A stretch of 64,000 nucleotides of DNA. Origin: Candidatus Limnocylindrales bacterium (GTDB lineage Bacteria > Moduliflexota > Moduliflexia > Moduliflexales > JAUQPW01). The translations under genes and the position numbers were made by a program. Under the pieces are notes generated by a model. That model made no database searches. It saw nothing but the letters and a program-made list of their open reading frames with translations, and was not told the DNA's origin. Positions 48,703-59,394 of this stretch are shown one piece after another. Position 1 is the first letter of the stretch, and every line of letters begins with the position of its first letter. The stretch spans positions 61,573 through 125,572 of the forward strand of contig DATMBG010000033.1 in the NCBI GenBank assembly GCA_035559535.1, written 5' to 3'.

Positions 48703-49572
48703 TCAAGGACGGGCTTTTTTCACAGGGACCAGCTTAAAGTTATACTCAACAGTATAAAAAGGAGCCACTACTCCCCACCTCTTAGCTTCTTCCACCGAGT
48801 CGTTTAATACAAAGTCTGCAACCAGGGAATTCTTCACAGCAAACACGGCGTCAGAATCCAGATAAGGGTCCCCTTCCACAAAAATGTGGGTCACCACCGT
48901 TTCATAGCCTTCCGCTGAGACGATAAAATGGATATGCGCAGGGCGATAAGGGTGCCGTCTAAACTCCGCCAGCATTTCCCCGACCGGGCCATCATGGGGA
49001 ATAGGATAGCTAGATGGTTTGATGGTACGAAACCAATATTCTCCCCTGGTATTTGTGAGAAATCTACCCCGCATACTTATTTCCTGGCTTGGATCTTGAA
49101 TATCGTACAAACCCTGAGCTGAGGCATGCCAGACATCTAATAGCGCGTTTGCAATGGGTTTTCCATCCAGATCGGTCACCTGCCCCCGCACTACGACCGG
49201 TTCTCCTTCCTCCTTGAGGGCTATGTTGGCACCTAACTCCAGGTTTGGAGCCTTTGCTCGATAAAACGGACCCAGGATAGTACTTTCCGTTGCTCCCGCA
49301 GGCTTACGATGATTAATGGCATCCACCAAAATGCTGACCCCTAAGGTATCTGACAGGAGAATAAATTCCTGGCGACGATCGTCGCACCGGTGTCCTACGC
49401 GGGTTAGAAATTGGATGGTATAGGACCATTCTTCTTCGGTGAGCTCCACCTCCCGGATAAAATTGTGCAGATTTCGGATAAGGCTATTCATGATTTGCTG
49501 AAGACGTGGGTTATCGGTCTTGATTTGTTGAAGTACAGCCTCGGTTACGTTATCTTCTGTCAGGTTACGCAT
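48703..49572 (-). CDS. Intradiol ring-cleavage dioxygenase (catechol / hydroxyquinol 1,2-dioxygenase family)
   Basis: 'GPFYRAKAPNLELG', 'YWFRTIKPSSYPIPHDGPVGEML', 'RPAHIHF'. Start taken at the internal ATG (MRNLTEDN) because the longer ORF would overlap the upstream SDR gene by 47 bp. Confidence 0.75.
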   Translation of the reverse strand: MRNLTEDNVTEAVLQQIKTDNPRLQQIMNSLIRNLHNFIREVELTEEEWSYTIQFLTRVGHRCDDRRQEFILLSDTLGVSILVDAINHRKPAGATESTILGPFYRAKAPNLELGANIALKEEGEPVVVRGQVTDLDGKPIANALLDVWHASAQGLYDIQDPSQEISMRGRFLTNTRGEYWFRTIKPSSYPIPHDGPVGEMLAEFRRHPYRPAHIHFIVSAEGYETVVTHIFVEGDPYLDSDAVFAVKNSLVADFVLNDSVEEAKRWGVVAPFYTVEYNFKLVPVKKARP

Positions 49573-49702
49573 GTTTATTACATTTCCCCCTAAAGTCGAA
49601 GTCCGCCGGGCTTGTATGGGGTATGGATTTTGATCCCGGGGGAGCTTCGATAGCTTAAAATCCTGGACTGATTGGGTTGAAACCACTTTATAACCGGAAA
49701 AC

Positions 49703-50491
49703 TTATTGAGACTCTGGATCGGGATAAAGCTTTGCCGTAAATCCCCCATCGATAATTAATTCAATACCGGTGACCCAGGCAGCAGCATCGGAGGCCAGGT
49801 AGAGGATTCCCTGGGCGATATCCTCTGGAGTCCCTAAACGGCCCAGGGGATAGAGGGGAATCAATTTCTCTTTAATTTCCTCCCAGGTCTGGCCCGGTTT
49901 GACCCGGGTTCGGGCCACATCTGTTTCGACCAGACTGGGTAGGACGGCATTGACCCGGATGCGGTATCGAGCAAAGTCCACCGCCATGGTTTTCGTTAAG
50001 GTGATAACGGCGGCCTTGGCTGCAGAATAAGAGGGAGCATCTGGAAGTCCTCCTCGGAGACCTGCGACGGAAGACACGTTAACGATGCTTCCTCCACCCT
50101 GTTTTATCATTTGGGGAATGACAGATCTGGAAGTTAAGAAAACTCCCTTTACGTTAATATCCATGATACGATCCCAGTTTTCCAGCGTAGATTCCATCAT
50201 CTTGGTCCGATCGACCGCTCCGGCATTGTTAACCAGAATATCCAGTCTCTCCCAGCGGGCCACCGTTTCCCTGACCATCCGTTGAGTATCTTCCTGTCGG
50301 GTCACATCTCCCGGAATGGCGATGGCTTCTCCTCCTTTTAAGGTAATCGCCGTCACCGCTTCTTCCAGCTTCTCTTTACGACGCCCACTTATAGCCACTT
50401 TAGCTCCCTCCTGGGCAAACAGTTCTGCCGTAGCTCTTCCGATTCCGGTACCTCCTCCGGTGATTAAGGCCACTTTATTTACCAACCTCAT
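49703..50491 (-). CDS. Short-chain dehydrogenase/reductase (SDR) family oxidoreductase
   Basis: 'KVALITGGGTGIGRA' Rossmann motif, 'NNAG', catalytic 'YSAAKAAV'. Start at MRLVNK preceded by GGAGGG. Confidence 0.8.
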   Translation of the reverse strand: MRLVNKVALITGGGTGIGRATAELFAQEGAKVAISGRRKEKLEEAVTAITLKGGEAIAIPGDVTRQEDTQRMVRETVARWERLDILVNNAGAVDRTKMMESTLENWDRIMDINVKGVFLTSRSVIPQMIKQGGGSIVNVSSVAGLRGGLPDAPSYSAAKAAVITLTKTMAVDFARYRIRVNAVLPSLVETDVARTRVKPGQTWEEIKEKLIPLYPLGRLGTPEDIAQGILYLASDAAAWVTGIELIIDGGFTAKLYPDPESQ

Positions 50492-50674
50492 GAATCCCTC
50501 CGTTTCCAAAAATAATTACCTAAATTTGTAACATTCCCCTCCTTATCCTCCCCGTGGGCGAGGAGGGAGTTCCATTTCCAGAAAACAATTACCCAACTGT
50601 GTAACCGCTACGCGCTACCCTTGTCACAAGCGAACAGAAAATAGTAAGTAGCAACTGGAGGGGATCGTTGTTAA

Positions 50675-51949
50675 TTACCTTTGCTCCCGACCCTCATCTG
50701 TCGCATACCAGTATTTGCCACTCATGACAACCGTCCACCATTGCTCCATGTCCTTTTTACTCATCTTCTTCCAATCGGGTACCTTTTGAACTAAGGCCGT
50801 ACCCAGGGTTTGCCCCAGGGTAACCAGTTTGTTACCTGCTGCACTTTGTTCGCTATCCCATCGGCTAAGAGCCGTATCTAAAGAGTTGTGGGTGGTTAAT
50901 GAATCGGCCAGTGTAATGGCATTAGTTATCGCTTTAACGACCCCACTCGCCGTGTGGGGGCGGGTAATGACCGAGGCATCTCCAATAAGACAAATACGAC
51001 CCTTACGATAGTAAGGTATGCCTACTTCAAAAATAGCCTGAATGAACGGTTGGGTGGTGGCACATATCACATTCCTGGCACAACCCGGCAGGTGGTGTCT
51101 GGCCAGGTTATGGACATACGCCACTTTCGCATCGGGGACCTTACCCGGCGGAAGTGAGGTTTTATGGACAAAACCCTGGCTATCGGTAAGCATAGCGGGT
51201 AGATCCTTATCCGCTACATTTTCATAGAGGACCCAGTTCAGTCGCCTCTTACCTACCTGGGTTTCTTCCTGACGACCTGGTACAATATACAGGACACAAT
51301 GACCTCTTTCATAGACGGCAAAGGTAAGGCGACCTTCAAATAATTCTATATCCGGTACAAGCTTCTCTTCTATGAGTCCACGCCAGGCAATATAGCCGGC
51401 GTAGTGTAAGGACTGTTCAGGAAACAACATACGACGCCCCAGCGAGTTATGACCATCTGCACAAACAACCAAATCAAAGAGAAATTCTTGACCGTTCCCC
51501 AGTCGCAGGGATACAGAATTTCCGTCTATCTCCTGCAGGGCGGTGACTTCACATCCTTGATGGTAAATATTGTCGGGTACCCGACTGCGTAAATTACGGT
51601 ATAACACATCCCAACTGGTCAAAACAACCGCTATGGGCTGCTCCCAGAGAATACGTCCGGAATCACATTCCTCCTTACCGGAGCGGATTACAAAGGGGCG
51701 CTTCGTACCGGGAAAGTGGGGCATATCCGGATCAACGAGGTTGCGCTCTACGAGGGTTTTAAACAACGACAAAGAAAGGGTAATCCCGGCACCCCGGTCC
51801 TTTAACTTCCCGGTAGATCTCTCGTAAACAGTTACCCAACAACCGGCCCGTGATAGTTCTATAGCAGCCGCACAACCGGCAATAGATCCTCCTATTACAG
51901 CAACTTTTAAACCTCTGGCCACACCTGGAGATGTTACCGTACTATTCAA
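50675..51949 (-). CDS. FAD-dependent monooxygenase (aromatic hydroxylase-like)
   Basis: N-terminal FAD-binding 'VAVIGGSIAGCAAAIEL' and 'GDASV' region. Confidence 0.7.
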   Translation of the reverse strand: MNSTVTSPGVARGLKVAVIGGSIAGCAAAIELSRAGCWVTVYERSTGKLKDRGAGITLSLSLFKTLVERNLVDPDMPHFPGTKRPFVIRSGKEECDSGRILWEQPIAVVLTSWDVLYRNLRSRVPDNIYHQGCEVTALQEIDGNSVSLRLGNGQEFLFDLVVCADGHNSLGRRMLFPEQSLHYAGYIAWRGLIEEKLVPDIELFEGRLTFAVYERGHCVLYIVPGRQEETQVGKRRLNWVLYENVADKDLPAMLTDSQGFVHKTSLPPGKVPDAKVAYVHNLARHHLPGCARNVICATTQPFIQAIFEVGIPYYRKGRICLIGDASVITRPHTASGVVKAITNAITLADSLTTHNSLDTALSRWDSEQSAAGNKLVTLGQTLGTALVQKVPDWKKMSKKDMEQWWTVVMSGKYWYATDEGREQR

Positions 51950-52046
51950 TATCTGAACCTCCTACTTTTACCCCTGAAATACCCGGAAAGTGCCTTAAAA
52001 AGTAGCTTACTGCCCCGAAGCCTAATGCAGATTTGACCATCTATTT

Positions 52047-53324
52047 TTACTGCCAGCCGGGGAATGGATAAATCAACTCCCCCGATTTGTATTCATCTGG
52101 ATATATCACCACCATTCTCCCAGATTTGGAAAATTCGCTGATATCTCGGCTTTCAATGTTCTGATATTGACCCCAAAGTACCCGACCTTTCTCCCACTCC
52201 CCGTTGGGGGCAAACTTCACCTTCCCTACAATGGTATTGAATTCATGGCTTCTTATATACTCCCCAACCGTTACCTGATCCAGACTTTGAGTTGCTTCAA
52301 TGGCCTGTCCTAATAATTCCACATACGCATAGGCCCAGGGTGGTAAATAATATCCCAGGGGATCCACCCCTTCTTGTCCGGCTCTGGCCTGATACTTCTT
52401 CAAGAATTCTTCAATCCCGGCAAACTTTAAAGTAGGTTCAGGTACCCAAAACCAGTAGGTCACAATGCCGTTGAGGGTTGGACCCAGGTTGGTCTGGATG
52501 GAGGTATACTGTAAACCCACCATACCCCCTCCGAAGATTTTAGGTTTTAAATTCACCTCCTTGGCTGCCTGGACAATCCCTGCCGATTCGGTAGGATAAG
52601 AAGCCACATAGACCATATCGGGATTAACGGCTTTGATGGATCGGAGGATTGAAGTAAAGTCTACGGTTCCCGGGGGATATTTCTTTTCATAGACGACCTT
52701 AAAGTTATACTTCTCGGCCAGTTTCTTTGTGCCGGAAAGATTATTGGCACCGTATTCACTATCTACATGCAGGAAGGCAATGGTTTGGGGTTTGGGTTCC
52801 TGACGGCTTGCAATGGCAAAGAAGCCTTCGCTCCAGTCTACATAAGGGTCTGGACCCGAGGGCATAATCTCAAAATGGTATTTATAGTTAAAGGCCTGAT
52901 TGGATCCCAGGCCCAGGAGACAGGGAAATACCATCTGATGTTCCATCACTATAGGCATGGCAGCCGCAATGAGGGGAGTTCCATAGGGAGAAACCACAAA
53001 ATCGACCTTATCCACGGTAATGAGTTTGGTATAGATGGCAGGAACATCGGCAGGTTTAGAATGATCATCGTAATACACCAATTCTACAGGTCTTCCCAGG
53101 AGTCCGCCCCTTGCATTGATATCTTCAGCCCATATTTTCATGGCCAGTACTGCCGCTTTTCCGGCTGAAGCTAACGATCCTGAAAGCCCCATGCTAAAGC
53201 CGATTTTAATGGGTTTCGGCTGGGCCATGGAAGAAGAAATATGAACCCAGCCAAAAACCAGAATTCCTATCCCTACTCCAAGCAAAATGCGCCTTGATAA
53301 CGGCAATTTTTCCTTCCAAATCAT
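52047..53324 (-). CDS. ABC transporter periplasmic substrate-binding protein (type I, LivK/branched-chain-amino-acid-like family)
   Basis: Signal peptide; 'IKIGFSMGLSGSLASAGKAAVLAMKIWAEDINARGGLLGRPVELVYYDDHSKP'. Confidence 0.75.
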   Translation of the reverse strand: MIWKEKLPLSRRILLGVGIGILVFGWVHISSSMAQPKPIKIGFSMGLSGSLASAGKAAVLAMKIWAEDINARGGLLGRPVELVYYDDHSKPADVPAIYTKLITVDKVDFVVSPYGTPLIAAAMPIVMEHQMVFPCLLGLGSNQAFNYKYHFEIMPSGPDPYVDWSEGFFAIASRQEPKPQTIAFLHVDSEYGANNLSGTKKLAEKYNFKVVYEKKYPPGTVDFTSILRSIKAVNPDMVYVASYPTESAGIVQAAKEVNLKPKIFGGGMVGLQYTSIQTNLGPTLNGIVTYWFWVPEPTLKFAGIEEFLKKYQARAGQEGVDPLGYYLPPWAYAYVELLGQAIEATQSLDQVTVGEYIRSHEFNTIVGKVKFAPNGEWEKGRVLWGQYQNIESRDISEFSKSGRMVVIYPDEYKSGELIYPFPGWQ

Positions 53325-53658
53325 AAGTTTCTCCTTTTATTTGAAATACCGATACTTTTGCGGAATTGAACCTTCATTCCCAGGCCGGTATATGGGAAAT
53401 CAAAATTCGGATTTGATCAGAAGCCCGAAATCCGCCAAAGTCCCAGCGCAAAAAACAGATTACTTGATTCCCTTTGCTTCGGCTCACATCGCTCCTGATA
53501 AGGACAGAACGTACACCGGGATCTCAGGGAATCGGAACTTTCCATTCAGATTTGCTAAAATTACATCTTGGCACTTCTTATAGAAAGCTGTCAATAAAAA
53601 GTTCTCGGGATTGGAAACTTATCTGAGGCAGGCGGGGCGCCCGGACTTTCCATAAAGC

Positions 53659-55695
53659 TCATCTAACTCCAATATTTATGAGCAGGTTTCCATATCGATC
53701 TACCTCCCCCCTACAATCTGGAGGGATAACCGTGGTAGCATGGGCTTCCAGGATAATAGCCGGTCCCTGGATTTGATTTCCCGGATTTAACTGGTCTCTA
53801 TGATAAAAAGAGGTAAGTAAGGGTATACAACCTCGGGTTTCTCCTGGAGCTTGGAAATAAACTTCCTTTTTCTTTAGTAAGGCCGGGGAAGGATCCGGGT
53901 CTGAAAGATTTCTGGATGGGATTTGCGGTTTTTCGGTAATATAGCGGGCGCGGATGCGGATATTGACAATTTCCATTTTTTCGGCCGGATTGCAGTGGCC
54001 GTAGAGGATTTCGTGGTAACTATGGAATTTTTTCACGTAATCTTTCTCCGTTTCCCGGGAGATGGGAATGGAAATTTCATAGGATTGACCCACGTAGCGC
54101 ATATCCAAAAATTTTTCCAGCAGAATATCCTTTTGAGGAATCCCATCCCGGGCTAAATCCGCTATTGCTTGACGGGCCAGTTGATCAAAGGGCGCTTCCA
54201 GTCCTCCCCCCAGAGCCGTTTCGCTATCCATCATAACGGTTCGTGAATAGTCTTTAACAACATCCGCAAGGACCATACCCAGGGCTGAAAGAACCCCTGG
54301 ATTAAGAGGGACCAGAACTTTAGGGATGGCAAGATCTCTGGCCAGATCACAGGCATGGAGAGAGCCGGCTCCTCCAAAGGAAACCAGGACAAAATCCCGA
54401 GGATCATAACCCTTTTCTACAGAGATGACCTTGATGGCCCTTTCCATATTGGAATTGGCTACGGCTAAGATACCTTGGGCCAGGGTAATTTGGTCCATCC
54501 GGTTAGCCCGGGCCATTTTTGAAAAAACCTCCCGGGTCTTTTCTAAATCCAATTTCATTTTTCCCCCCAGGAAATAATCAGGATCCAATTTTCCCAACAG
54601 GAGGTTGGCATCGGTCACCGTGATTTGATCCCCTTTGCCATAACAAACTGGACCCGGATCGGCCCCGGCGCTTTCGGGTCCAACCCGCAAAGCCCCCCCT
54701 TCATCGAAGTAGGCCAGAGAACCTCCTCCGGCTCCCACCGAATGGATGGCAAGGACCGGAACCCGGATAGGGTATCCGGAGATGGAAGCTTCAGAAGTAA
54801 TCTTTAATTCTCCAGGGCAAAGGGAGACGTCAGTAGAGGTTCCACCCATATCAAAGGTGATAATATGGGAATACCCGGCCAGATCGGCCATATATTTTGC
54901 ACCTACCACCCCTCCGGCCGGTCCAGAAAACACGGTGTGCACCGAGATTTCTTTGGCCATTTGAGAGGAAATGGTTCCGCCGTTGGATTGCATAATTTTA
55001 AATTCCCGGCAGGGAATTTTTGTTTCTAAACCGGATAAGTAACGATGCATCAGAGGAGAAACATAGGCATTAACCGTAGTGGTACTCATCCGCTCATACT
55101 CTCGGAACTCTGGAAGAATTTGATGAGAGGCCGAGACAAAAAACCCCTCCTGTCTTAACGCCTCTAGAATGCTTTGTTCATGGGCAGGATAGAGGAACGA
55201 AAAAAGCAAACATACCGAAACCGATTCGATCTGGTTGGCCTTCAATTGCCGAATAATTTCAGGAAGTTCCTGAAGATTGAGGGGCGAAATGACCTCTCCT
55301 TCGCTATTGACCCGTTCGGAAATCCCAAATCGTAGAGAAGCAGGCACTAAAGGCTTGGGTCTTTCCACAAAAATATCATAGATTCGTGGACGATTTTGTC
55401 TCCCGATCTCCAGAATGTCTTCAAATCCTCGGGTTGTAATGAGGGCCGTCCGGGCTCCTTTTTTTTCCAGAAGCGCATTGGTCGCAACGGTGGAGCCATG
55501 AATAAGCACAGAATCCTGAAACAGGCCCTCCCTTTGTAAAGAGAGTTCCTCGATTTCTTCGATAGTCTTGAGCCCCGCCAATACGGCCTGTTCTGGATGG
55601 GCAGGTGTTGAAAGAAGTTTAGCCGTGAAAATCTTCCCTTTTTCTACAAAAACAAAATCTGTAAAGGTCCCCCCAATATCAACACCGATTTTCAT
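53659..55695 (-). CDS. Hydantoinase A / oxoprolinase family protein (HyuA-like)
   Basis: ATG at 55695 (MKIGVDIGGTFTDFV) preceded by AGGAAGA. ASKHA-fold hydantoinase N- and C-domains. Confidence 0.8.
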   Translation of the reverse strand: MKIGVDIGGTFTDFVFVEKGKIFTAKLLSTPAHPEQAVLAGLKTIEEIEELSLQREGLFQDSVLIHGSTVATNALLEKKGARTALITTRGFEDILEIGRQNRPRIYDIFVERPKPLVPASLRFGISERVNSEGEVISPLNLQELPEIIRQLKANQIESVSVCLLFSFLYPAHEQSILEALRQEGFFVSASHQILPEFREYERMSTTTVNAYVSPLMHRYLSGLETKIPCREFKIMQSNGGTISSQMAKEISVHTVFSGPAGGVVGAKYMADLAGYSHIITFDMGGTSTDVSLCPGELKITSEASISGYPIRVPVLAIHSVGAGGGSLAYFDEGGALRVGPESAGADPGPVCYGKGDQITVTDANLLLGKLDPDYFLGGKMKLDLEKTREVFSKMARANRMDQITLAQGILAVANSNMERAIKVISVEKGYDPRDFVLVSFGGAGSLHACDLARDLAIPKVLVPLNPGVLSALGMVLADVVKDYSRTVMMDSETALGGGLEAPFDQLARQAIADLARDGIPQKDILLEKFLDMRYVGQSYEISIPISRETEKDYVKKFHSYHEILYGHCNPAEKMEIVNIRIRARYITEKPQIPSRNLSDPDPSPALLKKKEVYFQAPGETRGCIPLLTSFYHRDQLNPGNQIQGPAIILEAHATTVIPPDCRGEVDRYGNLLINIGVR

Positions 55696-55828
55696 TCTTC
55701 CTATTGGCCAAAGCCCTTTGTCCGTTGCAGGATGATGGGTCACGGTTTTTCATTCTACCTGGAGCTGTTTCTAACTTACCCATCCTCCTGTGCCGGTTAG
55801 GGAGTGATAACGGACAATGGGCGGCAGA

Positions 55829-56539
55829 TTATGTTAATAGCGAATAAAGCTCCCGAAGATCTTTAATACGTGGACAGGAATGATTACTGGTACCCAGGCG
55901 ATCAATGAGAACGGCCCTTATACCTACGCTTTGAGCTCCAAGAATATCATGATGGTAAGAATCTCCTATATGAATAGCCTCTTCTGGAGAAACCTCTAAT
56001 AAAGAGAGTGCCTTTTGAAAAATGAAGGGGCTGGGTTTTTCCCAGCCGACAACTGCCGATACCAGGGTGATATCCAGATGAGGCTCCAGTTCCAGGGCTG
56101 TACACAGGTCCAACAGCGCAGAGCTCCAGTTAGAGACAATACCCAGTTTATACCCTTCTGATTTTAATCGCTGTAAAACTTCCATAACCTCCGGAAAAAG
56201 CCGCCAGATGGCAGGGTTTCTAAAGGTCTCCAGCAGTTTTTCCGTAATCTCATCCAAGCACCGGTCGAATCCTACCTGCTGAAAAGTGGATTTGATCAGC
56301 AAGGCCCATCGCCGCCGGTCTTCTTCGTCTGAGTGTCGATACTCTGAATTCGCCTGAAGAAATGCTGCATCGAATTCCTTATAAACTTTTTTAGCCGCTT
56401 CTCGAACGTCTTCTATAGAGGCCGAACAACCATATTCCTTAGCCACGATATGATAAATTTCGGCTACCGACGGAGAGGTATACAGAAGTGTATTTCCGGC
56501 ATCGAAAAGTACTGCCTTATAAGACTTCATACCCTTCAA
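55829..56539 (-). CDS. HAD-superfamily hydrolase
   Basis: 'KAVLFDAGNTLLY' motif I variant, 'GIVSNW' motif III region, 'GDSYHHD' motif IV. Confidence 0.6.
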   Translation of the reverse strand: MKGMKSYKAVLFDAGNTLLYTSPSVAEIYHIVAKEYGCSASIEDVREAAKKVYKEFDAAFLQANSEYRHSDEEDRRRWALLIKSTFQQVGFDRCLDEITEKLLETFRNPAIWRLFPEVMEVLQRLKSEGYKLGIVSNWSSALLDLCTALELEPHLDITLVSAVVGWEKPSPFIFQKALSLLEVSPEEAIHIGDSYHHDILGAQSVGIRAVLIDRLGTSNHSCPRIKDLRELYSLLT

Positions 56540-56564
56540 TCTTTACTCAAGATCCCGTAATCAT

Positions 56565-57542
56565 CTAGATAGTAATAGGAGAAGGAGTGAAAGTTAAGAT
56601 AAAAAGAATTAAGGAGATCCATCCCAGGATTTTTCTCTTTCGATCTAAAGGTGTGTAGGGGTTAACAGGGGCCGGATGCCCGAGTCGAACCATCAAGAGG
56701 AGGATAAGAACCCATAAGAACCAGCCCGGCCAGCCTACAGTTTCTAAGAAGGAGAGCATGGGAGATTCCTCCACACCCCATATCTTCAAGATCATACCGT
56801 TTAATCCAAGAATTCCTAACAGGGTCAGGATCGGGATAATCACTTTAGGTAGTTTTTTATGCTTTTCTCTTCCGAACATGGCATAAATGATATGGCCACC
56901 GTCGAGTTGTCCTACGGGAATGAGATTGAGCGAAGTAACCAGAAGGCCGACCCATCCAGCAAGAGCCATAGGATGGAGGAAAATATCATAACCTTGGGGC
57001 AGATCCCCCAGGGCTAATTTACCTAGAAGAGAAAATAAGAGGGAAGAACCTAAGCTGATGAAACCGGAAGTATGAGCCGGAACTGGCTCAATTTTAGATA
57101 AATAGAGTCCGATCAGGGTAACCGGAATAGCCACCACTGCTCCGGCTAAGGGTCCGGCTACGCCTACATCGAAAAGAGCCCGTCGATCATAAAAGGGGGA
57201 ACGGATTTTAATTAAAGCCCCGAAAGTTCCTAAGAAAAAAAGGGGGGTTCCGTCTGGAAGATAGGGAGGTGCTGGAATAAAGTAAGGGAGCGTGGCCTTG
57301 ATCCCATGTTTTCTCGCCAGAAAATAATGACCGAATTCATGACTTAATAAAATAGCCAGCAGGGGAATCGAGTAAAAAAAACCATGGGCTGCTGTAGTGG
57401 TGAATACGGTCAGAATAAATAAGAGCACGTTGATCCATGGCCTGGGCCCTTTTTGGGCAGCTTCCAGGGTAACAGGAAAAGGACTTTCTCGCGCCGATTC
57501 TAAAAATCCATCTGAATTCAGGTCTAAGTCTCTTTCTCTCAT
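56565..57542 (-). CDS. M50-family (site-2-protease-like) membrane metalloprotease
   Basis: 'HEFGHYFLARKHGI' HExxH motif within a TM helix; polytopic membrane protein. Confidence 0.7.
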   Translation of the reverse strand: MRERDLDLNSDGFLESARESPFPVTLEAAQKGPRPWINVLLFILTVFTTTAAHGFFYSIPLLAILLSHEFGHYFLARKHGIKATLPYFIPAPPYLPDGTPLFFLGTFGALIKIRSPFYDRRALFDVGVAGPLAGAVVAIPVTLIGLYLSKIEPVPAHTSGFISLGSSLLFSLLGKLALGDLPQGYDIFLHPMALAGWVGLLVTSLNLIPVGQLDGGHIIYAMFGREKHKKLPKVIIPILTLLGILGLNGMILKIWGVEESPMLSFLETVGWPGWFLWVLILLLMVRLGHPAPVNPYTPLDRKRKILGWISLILFILTFTPSPITI

Positions 57543-58258
57543 GAAATTTACCTATTTTTTTCTTTGTTGAGTTTGCGGGAAATTAAAAAAAAAATTAAAA
57601 GGTTAAGTGCTATCTCTGTTTATCAACAGGTACTTCACTTTGACCTCGAGTCACTCGAAGAATACAGGGGATAGGCTCCTGTCTACACAGATTTATCATA
57701 CAATCTCGGGGAGTAGAATGCAAATTTTTTTGGTTGGAACAACTCTACGGACTGACAATAACAGAACATTTTCGCCTGTGTGCTTTGGTGAGTGAAGCAA
57801 GATAATCCCTTTAAGCCATAAGATGGCTTTGTCTCCCCGGTTTTGCTCTGGGCTTCAACTCGCCTCACTCCTCGCAAGGATATCTCGGGGTTGCGGACCG
57901 ACATGCGGGTACAGGCCAACCTCTTCTTCCCCTAAAAGAGGAGAGGAAGTGGGACTTAAAAGTCACATATGCGACCGGGATATCCCACTTCTCTGCCCCT
58001 TCCATTCCGGTTTTTCCTCTTTATTTCCCCCTCTTCCGGGTCAGAAGCCTCCTTGGAACTGGGACAAGAATATCTCATCCCGTATCTGGAAAAGGAAAAG
58101 AATTCCCTAAAAGAATCCCGGCTGTAAGAATGCAACTATTTAGTTCTCCATAACTTAACGAAAATACCCTTCATGTTGTGAAAAACTGGTATAAAAATTG
58201 CCTTTTTTAGTTCTTAGAAAAGATGAATTTTAATTTTTCAACGAGTCAGGAGGGGGTT

Positions 58259-58429
58259 ATGATACCAAAGACGTGTCAATACTGTGGTCATCCGATTGAT
58301 TCCTATTTAGACGACCTGGGTTGTTTAGAGTGTGGGGCTTCGTGCTGTCCGGCTTGTTCTTACAGTCCGGAGGATGTGGTTCATTGTGCGGAATGTGCCG
58401 AAGAAATTTTTGAGGTCCAGAGTCTCTAG
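58259..58429 (+). CDS. Small Cys-rich zinc-ribbon-like protein (hypothetical)
   Basis: ATG at 58259 preceded by AGGAGG. 'CQYCGH...CLECGASCCPAC...CAECAEE'. Confidence 0.4.
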   Translation: MIPKTCQYCGHPIDSYLDDLGCLECGASCCPACSYSPEDVVHCAECAEEIFEVQSL

Positions 58430-58521
58430 GGGTTAGGTTAGGGGGTTGGGTGTAGTCCGTTATCCGTTGTTTCCTGCTTTGACTCCTCCTAACGGACAAC
58501 AGGCAACCAACAACCAATCTG

Positions 58522-59337
58522 TCATTCATCTTCTTCCATTTCCGCGGAAATCCTGGTCTGCCTGCGGGGGTTTCCCCTACAGATCCCACGTTTACTACTT
58601 TTGATAAACTCTATCATGTAACGAACCTCGGGGGATAATTCTTGAGCTTCCAACATCGAGAGGGCCTGGTGGATATTTAAACCGGATCTGAAGAGGGTTT
58701 TAAAAGCCCGCTGGATCTCCCTTCGTACAGAAAGAGCATATCCGGCCCGTCTCAATCCAACGACATTAATCGCCTTAACGCAATTCCTTCCCTGGGCAAT
58801 GAGAAAAGGGGGGACATCCTTGGACAGAGCAGACCAGCCACTTATCATGGCAAGTTTTCCAATCCGGGTAAATTGATGGATAACCACCCCCCCGGAGATA
58901 AAGGCCTGGTCTTCAATCTGGACATAACCGGCTACCAGAGCATTGTTACATAAGATTACCTTGTTTCCAATGGTACAATTATGGGCAATATGAACCCCTC
59001 CCATGAAATAATTATCATGGCCGATATAGGTCATGGATCCTTTCTGAGTCCCCCGGTGAACGGTTACATTTTCCCGAAAAATATTCCGATGACCGATCTT
59101 TAGAAGACTTTCCTGATCTTTAAATCCCAGATCTTGGGGCTCATGGCCAATAATAGCTCCCATATGAATCTGGCAATCTTCCCCAATCTCCGTTGCCCCC
59201 AGAATATGGGCTCGTGCATAAATTTTTGTTCCTCTACCGATTTTAACATTTCCTTCAATAATGACGTAAGGGCCTATAAATACATCGGCTCCAATTTCAG
59301 CTTTAGGATCTATGATGGCTGTAGGATGAATAACCAT
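58522..59337 (-). CDS. lpxA: Acyl-ACP:UDP-N-acetylglucosamine O-acyltransferase
   Basis: Left-handed beta-helix hexapeptide repeats and LpxA N-terminus 'VIHPTAIIDPKAEIGADVFIGPYVIIEG'; C-terminal helical domain. Confidence 0.85.
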   Translation of the reverse strand: MVIHPTAIIDPKAEIGADVFIGPYVIIEGNVKIGRGTKIYARAHILGATEIGEDCQIHMGAIIGHEPQDLGFKDQESLLKIGHRNIFRENVTVHRGTQKGSMTYIGHDNYFMGGVHIAHNCTIGNKVILCNNALVAGYVQIEDQAFISGGVVIHQFTRIGKLAMISGWSALSKDVPPFLIAQGRNCVKAINVVGLRRAGYALSVRREIQRAFKTLFRSGLNIHQALSMLEAQELSPEVRYMIEFIKSSKRGICRGNPRRQTRISAEMEEDE

Positions 59338-59394
59338 ATTCAAAAATCAGAAGCGAAAGAAACCCTTTCCTTTTACCTTTCCAGCTTCCCTTTC

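Noticed and set aside
53561-53600. TGGCAC-containing sigma-54-like sequence and TTGACA hexamer upstream of the binding-protein gene
   Set aside because: Spacing and the -12 element do not fit the sigma-54 consensus, and the TTGACA has no properly spaced -10; not supportable.
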